Part shown: positions 25,101 to 33,773 of the stretch, in pieces | Layout of the letters: every line of letters starts with the position of its first letter | Position numbering within the stretch: the stretch's first letter is position 1 | Origin: Lophium mytilinum | Lineage: Eukaryota | DNA: 33,773 nt | NCBI GenBank assembly: GCA_010093605.1 | Contig: MU004192.1 | Coordinates: 1,351,299 to 1,385,071, forward strand | Direction of reading: 5' to 3' | Notes under the pieces: model-generated | Told to the model about the DNA's origin: nothing | Databases searched by the model: none | The model's input: the letters and a program-made list of their open reading frames with translations, nothing else | Translations under genes and position numbers: made by a program

Positions 25101-26580
25101 GGCTGCTAATCTATATAGTTACTCTAAAGGCTTATTCTATAGCGGGACTTCTTTTCTCTACGGCCCTAAAACTCTATTATATTTAATAGTTATACTATAT
25201 AGAGGTTTATAGACGCTAACTTAAATAGCGGACCTAACTAACTTAGACGCTAATATTAAAGACAACCCGGATAATACTCTTCTAGATAAGGAGTTAAAGA
25301 AAGAGAATATAGATAAAGGGGATAAGTTTAATATTTTTTATTAAGGCCCTACCCTCCGGCGTGTTAATTAAGGAGACCTTATAGGGGCTAGAGGTTACTA
25401 CCTCGCCTTAAAAATAGAGAAAGAGTAGCAACTATAGAATAATTCTAAATTGTCTAGGCGTCTCTAGAGAGTATTAGATGTAATTATAGCTATAAGTATC
25501 TATAGAACGCTAATAAGCCTTAGCCTAGATAGCCTTCCCTTAGGGGATATGCCGCTCTATATTATATAGTAGGTAATAGTTAGTATACCTAACCGCTTTA
25601 AACCCTTTATTAAGGAGTACTATATAGTTATTAAAGAGAGATATATAGACCTTAAAGAAGAGTATAAAGAATAGCTAAGGTATAAAGTAGTAATTAATAA
25701 GCCGCCGCCTTTCTTTAGCCTAGGCGCCTTTCTAACGGGCTCGGGCAAGGGAAGGCTGCCCTGGATTTTTATATTAATTCCTGGGCTAGCTAAGTTAAAG
25801 ACGCAATAGGAAGAGCTTAGCTTAATAAGTAACCTAACCTTTACTCTAGAAGATATTAAAAATGCGGGCTAGATAGATTATATAGACTTAGAGAGTACCC
25901 TTACTAAATAGTATACTAACCTACTAGCTAATTTAGGGAAGCTAAAGAAGATTAGGAGCATAGTTTAACACATTTAAGCTAAGAAGAAGAAGATACTAAT
26001 TATTAGTAAGGAGCCTATAGTTAATTTAGTTATCTGCATTATAAGTTGCTACCCATCTCTATCTATAATTGGCGATTATTATCTAATAAACTAATATAAT
26101 TAATACTAGATAATTATAAAAACTATACTAACTAAAAAGCTTGCATAGTTATATTTATCGCTAATAGTTAAGTAATAGAAGTAATTTAACACTGGCTTTA
26201 AGCGTAATTAAGATGATCTAGCGGCCGTTAATATTCTAGTCGCAAACTAGAAGACTAGAGAAGTAGAAGGCTCTAACTTTACTTTTTAATATATGTGCGT
26301 AATAGTTATAGAGCTATAGACTGCATCTAGCCTTAAGGTATAGATTATATCTAGAGTATGGCGGAAGAACTAGAGGTCTAATAGAACATGCAGTATTATT
26401 CTTGCCTATATAGGGGGTAATAACCTAGTAGATGCGCTAGCTTAGTTCTATGCAGTTAATAATAATAAGTTTATATATAAGGTTATGTAAAGTGTACTAA
26501 AAAAAAAGGAAAACTAAGGAACTATTAGTACTAAGGTAACTACTAAATATACTAATTATATAGTGTATATAGTTCTATAG
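22123..26580 (+). pseudogene. SNF2-family (SF2) ATPase/helicase-like gene, about 1,400 codons, RIP pseudogene
   Basis: The motifs are ordered and in frame: (H)(Q)VAG; motif I LILADPS(G)xGKTL(Q) with GKT at 24460..24468; motif Ia KSLLx(Q)TxxEVKx(W)L at about 24568..24612; motif II VFF-NKFY, de-RIP DEFH, at 24931..24942; motif III YSGTS at 25138..25152; SIxRT...LGDMP; GKLKKI...KxLIIS at about 25936..26006; motifs V/VI EGSNFT...VxE(P)(W)...(Q)IxSRVWRKN(Q) at about 26265..26373. Introns are at about 23201..23250, 23401..23434 and 26041..26109. Confidence 0.85.
23533..23667 (+). repeat. 15-bp coding repeats (EKELA/EKALA/EKEIK) forming an E/K/A-rich coiled coil in the SNF2 gene
   Basis: gagaaagagttggcg, gagaaagagctggcg, gagaaagcgctagca, gagaaagcgctggca, then gagaaagagataaag twice, all in the same frame as the ATPase motifs. 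Confidence 0.88.
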
Positions 26581-27914
26581 TAGACATTATAAAATAAACT
26601 ATTCTAACTTCTACTTCTATAATACACCTGTAATCGCCGCATTAATAAGTATACTATATCTATAGTAGGTCTACTATAGACTGCCTATTTTTAATATTAA
26701 TATAATCTACTTAACTATATACTCGCCGCAAGGCTTAGGTATTAGCGGTGCGAGCCTTAAATGCAATTTAAGGCCTAAGTATTAGTAATATAAACTATAG
26801 CATTATATAGGTAAATATCTATATAGCGGCGCCAATGCTCTATAGGCCCGCATATATTATTAGTAATATTCTTGCACGTTATAAGGCATAGAAAGGTTAT
26901 AAGAACCCTCTATCCTACTCTTCTAATCTAGACCGCAGGATGTTAGTAGCTAGTATGCGTTTAATCTTGCTTATATTTCTAATAAAGAGATTTAAATAGA
27001 GTAGCCTATAAATTAGAGTGCACTATAGGCCTATAGTAGTATAATTTAGTGCCGTATATATATACTAGCTAAAAGAAAACAGGTAGAAAAGTATATACTT
27101 ACTAATGCTAAGCCCTTTCTAGCTACCTATATTTTAATATACTACTAACACCACGGCTAATTAAATGTAGAGATAAGTTAGGTTAGTTTTAAGATAGTAT
27201 AATATATTTATATGCCACTCTATAGCTAATTTAGACGCTATCTATTTATAACCTTTCTACTTAATTTAGAAAATACTCTAAAATACTATTATATTTATTA
27301 CGCTTCTTAATATATTTAAGTCGCTAGAGAAAGTATATATTCCTAGTCCTAGCTATTATATAAATTAAATAAGAGTATCCTAAAATAGGCGTGTAGGCCT
27401 ATACTCTTATAATATTAGTATCCCTATACTATATATAATTAGCTAAAGCCCTAAAGCATTATAACGGCGCCCTATAATAACGTTAATAATTATAAAAAAG
27501 GGAGCACCGCCTAAGCATACATTTAGATAAATAAACCGGGCCGTTATATAGTAATAGTTAATAATAGAGCATTATTTATAATTATCTCTAACACTTAAAT
27601 GTATAAATATATTAGGCAGCAGCATAAAATATAGAATTTTCAGCCCAATACTAAACTATCTAGATCTTATACTAATAACTTAATAAATGCTGGGTTACTA
27701 TTAATGCGAAGGGGCTTTAGTTTCTTCTTAAGAGAAGAGGTAGTATAGGTATTCTATTAATTACTATAAAATAGTTACTGCTAAAGTAGCTAATTTAGTT
27801 ACGTAGACGCAATAAGAGTCTAGTCTTAGCACCCTATTATCTAAATACGTATATAAATTAACTCTAACTTTACCTTTTCTACCCCTTCTACACCCTAAGA
27901 ATTGTTAAACCGTT

Positions 27915-28676
27915 ATGTTGTTAGATAAATAAGGCTAGTTTCTAATACCTAATAACCTTAAGCTAGACTCTAGAAATAAGCTTATATAGGGCCTTAATAT
28001 TAGCGCCTGCAAATACAACACGCTATATACCGCGATAGAGACTAAGATAAAATTAGTAGACCTACTAGGCGGATCCCTCTACTTAAAGATAATTAGGGGG
28101 ATAGTATAATCTATAATAATAGACATTATAAAGAAGTTTTCTAAAATGCTTTTACGCGTTCTACTTAAAGAAGAATATAAGTAGATATTAAAACTTATAT
28201 AGTAATACAACTATAATAAGAAAAGATAAGATTATATTAACGCGTCTTATTATTCTAATTCTATAGATACTCCGCCTACTAAATAAAATAGGACTTTACC
28301 GCACCCTAAATGCTACCGCAGTTCAGCGCATATAGAAATAAAGTTAATATTAGTAAAGTAGCTAGGTAGTAAGGCCGCCCGCATTATACTAGTATATAAA
28401 CTTGCACCACCCACGCTACTAAAGAGTATGCTAGTAATACTGGCCCCTAAATTTAGTATACTTGTTGCTAGGTTAAATATAATATTTAGTCTTAATATAG
28501 AACGCAAAACTATATATTACTATATTATAGATAATCTTAAGTTTCTAGTTAAGAATAAGGTAGACTAGTATATAGTAATAGTGCATTAGAGTTTATTAAG
28601 AGAACTAGACTATATTACCCTAATTATTAAGCCTTAGCTAAATAGTATATTAGACACATGCAACGATTTTAATTAA
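27915..28676 (+). pseudogene. Hypothetical gene of about 250 codons
   Basis: An intact ATG at 27915 follows a pyrimidine-rich leader, and a single de-RIPable frame runs to TAA at 28674..28676. The supplied ORF 28313..28507(-) is its antisense shadow. Confidence 0.6.
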
Positions 28677-30038
28677 TATAGCTAACGTAGATAGATAACA
28701 CCCCTGTATCTATCTACTCTAGCTAGCACTATGCTATTCTTCTACCTATACCTATATTAGCCTCTGCTAGTTATAAATGCCTGCGTAATAAGATAAATAA
28801 GTAAGAGATTAGAGCTGTAGAAAAAGTTAAAAAGAATATAAGAGTTATATAAGAGATAAGAGTATAGAACTATAAAAGGTAGAGAACTTAGATAGCGCAA
28901 GAGTCTATATATCTAGCTAACCTAATTTATAATTAGACTATTCTATAGCCCGCCTTACTAAGAGAACTAGACTAGAACTACACTATCCTAAGGCGGGGCC
29001 TTATTATAACCTTATACTATCTTACTAGACTAGAATATAGACAGCTTAATATCCCTATATATAGGTAGTATAGAGTTATCTAAACTATAGCTATTATTAG
29101 AACTAGAAGTATAGCTATATAGCTAAATATTCTAACTAGATATATAGATTCTATAGGGGGGGAATTTACTACTAGCAGACTACCCTTCTATTCTTCTATC
29201 TAGGGACCTCTCTACTATAGAGGAGTACCCTGTAATATAGTATATAACCGCTTATAGCATAGTAACTAATAGAGGGCCGGAATTATAGAAAGAAGGCCTA
29301 AATAGTAGTAAAGAGAATGTTTTAGGCTAAGAGAGAGGAGAATATAATAGCTTAAGGTTACGCAATTTAGTTAGTAAAGGTAGAGGCGTTTATTATAGAT
29401 AATATAGAAGAGGGATATATACTATAGCTAGAGGAGATAGCTAGCGGGTTATTTGCGCCTAAGTAGGTTGCCCGACCGGGGATAAAGTTAGCGATAAGGG
29501 GACGGCTGCGCGTTGCGACATTAATACCTCTATTAGGGCCTCTAACTTAGCCAGCTATCTATCTAATAATATAGAATATAAAGTCTATAATCTCTTAACT
29601 AACTACTATTCTAATAGCGTAGGAGATACTATCTAGAAATAATAGCGGGAGGTGGCAGCGCGCGTGCAGTAATTAGTAGAAGTTAACGCAAGTGCGCAAG
29701 TATAAGCTCTAGTCTAAGGCGATATAATAGGAGAGGTAATTATATAGATAGAAGTGTTTAATTATATAGAATAATAGGGCTTTATTAAGGGGGGGATAGA
29801 GAAGAGGTATATAACTAGCTAAAGATACTAAGTTAACGCGTATAGACTGCATCCGGCTAGCTCTATTACATCCTATTATAATAAACGCGCGACTTACTCC
29901 CTCTTTATTCCCTTCTCTCTACGCTACTTAATTATAATCTACTTTACTTCCCTTTATAGTTATTATTCTTGCACTCTACCTTAAGAAATAGAACGTTCTT
30001 TTACTACACGCCCCCTATCTATTATTTAGTAAGGCTTA

Positions 30039-32376
30039 ATGTTACCTACTTAAATATAGTAAAAGGTAATATAGAACTATCTCTCTCTACCCTAAATAGG
30101 GACTTACTATATAACTTAAATATACTATACTATATACCCTATCTATAGTATATATTAATATATATATAGCTAATGCGTATAACTATAGATAGTAAAGAAG
30201 TAAAAATGCGCTGCCTTAAAACTAATTAACACAGTAACGCGCCTAGCTCCCTTAACTCTAACGCCTGCCAACTAATAATAAATATATAGAACTTAATAAG
30301 TAAAAGAGAATATACTACTAGGATATTCTAAGATAGTAATGCTATATTATCTTGGCCGTCTAGCCGTACCTTATCTCTTGCTAGAAAGAGAAAACGCGGT
30401 ATAGAGGACGAGAACAGGCACGCGCCTATCTTTTAATCTAGTAATACTAACTTCCGCGTGTAAATAGACTTTAAGTATAAGATTAGCTTATATATATATT
30501 ACGGCCACTCTACTAAGTAGTGCATGCTAATAAATACCTATTAGGGTGCCGCTGTAGTCTAAGATAAGATAGCGGCTAGAATAGAAGCCTGTAGAGCCGT
30601 TAACTAAATAACTAGGTCTAATACCTTTATATTAAGCGGTCTACTATTCTCCTCTTCTACTAGCCGCTTCTTAGGTACGGGTAGAGGTACACCCGTCTAT
30701 AACTGCATTAGCTCCCTTAGCATAAAATAATATAGTAAAATAATTTAGATATAGAATAGCGTAGATAGGCATGCTAAAGTACTAACTATAGAGGTAAAAT
30801 ATATAGTAGTAAAAGAATAAATAAGATACTAGATACTTAGAAGTATAGTATTAGGCACTAATATAATTAAGGAATATAGTAATAACCTTATAGCCTAGAC
30901 TAAGAGTGTTAGGCTAGATATATTTTAGTAAGTGCTAATATAAATATAGGTAGATGTCTATAAAGACTAACTATTCTATACTTAAGCTAATATCCCTACT
31001 ACTCTAGACCCTTTTTACGCGCGGAAGGTATATTACTCTCTCCCCACTCCTATAACCTTATATAATGGCTAATTATAATATATAATCTAGATTTATAATA
31101 CTTTTAGTTATTTCTATAATACTATAATAAAGGTTGCTTATAATATTATGCAAGAATGCTATAGTCTTAGTTCTATAACTCTAGATATTACCGGCACCGC
31201 GTTAACACTAATAAAGGATTGGAACTATCTCTTTAGGGCAGATAAAGACTAAGCTAAGGTTAGTTACTAACCTAGCATTAGACAGCATTCTAATAGATTA
31301 TAGGGGCCACCGGTAATCTTTATAGCTGAGGCTATCTAGGTAGTAGTTATAGACCTACTCTTTATAGGATAGTCTATAAACGCCTTAGAAATATAAAGAT
31401 ACTTAAAAGAGTTTTTTAACCCCCTTTTAGGTAATACTATTATATATATATATACTTGCCTCTACTATACTATTAGTAAATATACCTTGGGCTAGAAGCG
31501 CATAAACCTAATTTATAGGGTTGCCGCCACTAGTATTAACTACCGCCCCCCTTATATAAGACTATACTAACTACAAGCTGGGGTAGTAAATTATAATAAA
31601 TGTCTTGCCTAATAGCGGGCACTTAGCTTACGCCGCGAGCACTAACTATTATCCTACTAGCAAGAATTTATTATAAAATAGGTAGGTCGGCATATAAACT
31701 ATAAAGAAGATAATAATAAGAATATATATAATAACCCCAACCGCTATAATATATTAGATTTAACTAAAGATATAATACTGGAATAATAATAGGCCTTTAC
31801 CGCGAGAGTGGCAAGAATAGAAGTAAAGGAGCGGGATTGGCAGCGGAACCTTATTAACTAACGCAAGAAGACACGTGCGCTAATAAAGCGCATTAAGAGC
31901 GAAGCATAACTATTTAACTCTAGGTACTTGTCCTTACTATATTTAATTCCATCTAGCCCCCCCCTTAGGGATACTTTATTAAATATTATAGATAGTATAG
32001 GTAATTGCATAAGGCAGAGAGCTAAAGTATAATATACTAATTATATTAACTATAGAATAATAAGATTAATAATATAGAGCCCCTTACTAATAATAACTTA
32101 TACTACTTAGCTCTAATTTATAGGGAGGCTAAGGAGAGTGTTAAGATAAAGGACTACTAGAAGCGGTGCCCTCTTAATCTCTTATTTATATAATTTAGGC
32201 AGCGGTTCTATATAAAGGAAGATAAATACGGCTGGTATAAAAATAATACTATAATTATGTCTAATAAGGACTAATATTAAAAGTTTATAGCTGCCTGCGT
32301 TAAGGCATAGGATTCTAGAGAAGAAAGCCTGCGGCTAGTTATTAAGTTGCTTAAAAGTATTAGGGATAAGAAATAG
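30039..32376 (+). pseudogene. Multi-exon gene with an NLS (RKRKR) and a DUF6532-like domain
   Basis: There are at least 5 introns (e.g. AAG|GTATAT at about 31028, AAG|GTTAGT at about 31259). Exons 31091..31640 de-RIP to VAxxxMQECYxL...LxKDWNYLF...IFxAEAIxxVVxDLLF...EFF(D)PL...YTCLYxxIS(E)YTLG, which resembles the DUF6532 motif order as recalled, not as searched. Confidence 0.5.
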
Positions 32377-32624
32377 TAGCATGGAATTAGTAAATAGGGT
32401 GTAAGTAGGCTCTATTTTATGCTTAGCGTTATCTTTCTATTTTATAATATATGTACCGTAATTAGATGCGTTCTAAATTACTATATAGTCTACTATCTAA
32501 CGCGCAATATATATATTGCGTGCTATTCCCTAGCCTAGATATCTAGCGCACGCGTTACTGGCTCTAATAGTCTACTAGGATATTAAAATTATTAAGGTTA
32601 GTAATAGTTATATAATTCTTAGAA

Positions 32625-33599
32625 ATATGTACAGGCATTACTATCTATATAACGCATAAAGTCTATAATGTATGCAAAGTTACTATAGACTATAAAGCCC
32701 TAGCGGAGGTAGTAAGAAGGGATAACTAGATATACTAGTGCAACTTTAAATTTCTTACTACACGCGATAATTATATATTTAGTGTATAAGGCCCCATCTA
32801 CGTTATTATTTATCTATCTACAACCTAGGCGGATTAGGCAGTTTTAGAAGGTTAGATAGAGGAGGTAGATAGCTACATTTATAAGGACTATAAAGTAGTT
32901 ATTAACTATAATAATTGCCTATAATGCTAGATTATCTATAATTAAGAATTATCTACGCAGCCTGCGCGTAAATTTTATATAAGAAGTGGGTAAACTTTTA
33001 TAGAGTGGCGTAAAGCCTGCAGAGCGGTAAAATATATAGTCTTCTAGAAGGTTATATAAGTAACTAGTATTCTCCGCGCGTTTCTTAATTTAGAAATTTC
33101 TAATATTATTAAGAAGACGGCCGCTAGGGTAAGTACTAGTTATAGAATAGCTATAAGATAGTAATATTAGATACGCATTAAGTAGCCTAGGTTAAACTCC
33201 GCGTCTCTCTTAGCCAGCGCAAAATTAGATAATAGCTAGAAGGCGCTAGTTAGGTAGGGAGTTTTATAATATTACTAATTTGGCCGCTTAAGCCTCTTGC
33301 ATGCGGCAGAATTAGCAGTATGCATGTTAGCGATAACTACGCTTAATAAAAATAAGGTAGATAGAGAGTAGATAACTTATAAAGACTAGTAAGTAGTAAA
33401 GGTAGAGAACTATTTTCTTATAGATTATAAGAGTACTTAAGCCTTCCTTTAATAGTCTATACCGCGCTATTAAAAGTAGGTTAAGTTCTTTAGCTACTTT
33501 TATAATAATACTCTAGCGAAACTCTAGGCCCTATTCTATACTAGGTTAATAGAGAAGCTAAAGGATTATTAAGCCCTTATTAATAGTACTAGAAATTAG
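32625..33599 (+). pseudogene. Hypothetical gene of about 325 codons, Cys/His-containing N-terminal half
   Basis: The frame (M)CTGIT...HKVxxVCKV...CxxC...EWRKACRAVK...LEISNIIKKTAAR continues in frame across the repeat boundary at 33107. Confidence 0.6.
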
Positions 33600-33773
33600 G
33601 CTAGTAGATATTTAGCTCTAGAAAGATATTAGCTTATAGGCTATATATATTACTATCTAGTATTTATATATATAATCTATAGTAAATATAATAATAACTT
33701 AGTATTTTAAATTAAGTATATAGATATAGAAGACTTCTAGATTACTAATACCTCTAAATTAGTAGCGGGGATA
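33107..33773. repeat. Direct repeat copy V2 (partner 16864..17530), truncated by the window end
   Basis: Same alignment as V1. Each copy has RIP changes that the other lacks. Confidence 0.97.

Larger units (their letters stand above)
16864..33106. mobile_element. 16,243-bp repeated multi-gene unit (SNF2 ATPase, DUF6532-like gene and hypotheticals); putative large mobile or amplified element
   Basis: The sequence re-starts after 16,243 bp. The whole interval is RIP-saturated, which implies it is or was multicopy. It contains at least 6 reconstructable genes, but no transposase, RT or recombinase motif was recognised. Confidence 0.5.
1..33773. other. RIP-degenerated AT-rich repetitive block (ascomycete heterochromatin/AT-isochore type)
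   Basis: TpA is extremely frequent and CpA/TpG is scarce throughout. Duplicated segments differ only by C<->T and G<->A. Reconstructable reading frames are full of TAG/TAA at positions where W/Q/R are expected (e.g. GAC TAG TAG TAG TAG for D-W-W-W-x on the minus strand at 4910..4924). Confidence 0.97.

Noticed and set aside
26700..27060. Possible minus-strand ORF with a C/H zinc-finger-like pattern
   Set aside because: Two frames de-RIP equally plausibly, so it cannot be supported by eye.
28313..28507. Supplied ORF (-, 64 aa)
   Set aside because: It is antisense to the longer plus-strand frame 27915..28676.
29150..29750. GC-richer patch that may be another gene
   Set aside because: Strand and frame are ambiguous, and no motif or splice signal fixes it.
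16864..33773. LTR retrotransposon with LTRs at 16864 and 33107 (both begin TATT, a possible RIPed TGTT)
   Set aside because: The 33107 copy continues an upstream reading frame without a break. The repeat itself is coding-like, and no gag, RT, RNase H or integrase motif was recognised in between.
1..33773. Alternative genetic code or stop-codon read-through explaining the frequent in-frame TAG/TAA
   Set aside because: Copies alternate between CAG/CGG/TGG-type codons and stops at the same sites, and non-stop codons show the same transitions. RIP explains the pattern.
1..33773. Starship (DUF3435 captain), Helitron or AcademH element
   Set aside because: No tyrosine-recombinase, Rep/PIF1 or RecQ motifs were recognised, and the helicase is SNF2-type. 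A captain gene outside the window cannot be excluded.

Overview
This is fungal (Pezizomycotina-type) AT-rich repeat DNA that has been heavily hit by repeat-induced point mutation (RIP). TpA is abundant, CpA/TpG is almost absent, and duplicated copies differ only by C>T/G>A changes. No intact gene survives, but reading through RIP stops by hand (TAG/TAA taken as former W/Q/R codons) recovers a gene-dense, intron-containing architecture made of two directly repeated multi-gene units. Unit U has a 10,364-bp period (1..6500 matches 10365..16864 with no net indel at the points checked). It carries a clearly recognisable Plavaka-family (CACTA/EnSpm-related) transposase with an N-terminal zinc finger, plus 2-3 co-oriented spliced hypothetical genes. 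Unit V has a 16,243-bp period (16864..17530 matches 33107..33773). It carries a roughly 1,400-codon divergent SNF2-family ATPase gene with an NLS, a SIM-like motif and an E/K coiled coil, a DUF6532-like multi-exon gene and several hypothetical genes, but no transposase or integrase I could recognise. U and V are fused at 16857..16864, apparently in the middle of a coding exon on each side, through a possible 8-bp microhomology. All protein calls come from manual de-RIP translation and motif recognition; no database search was run. Gene ends are approximate unless stated.
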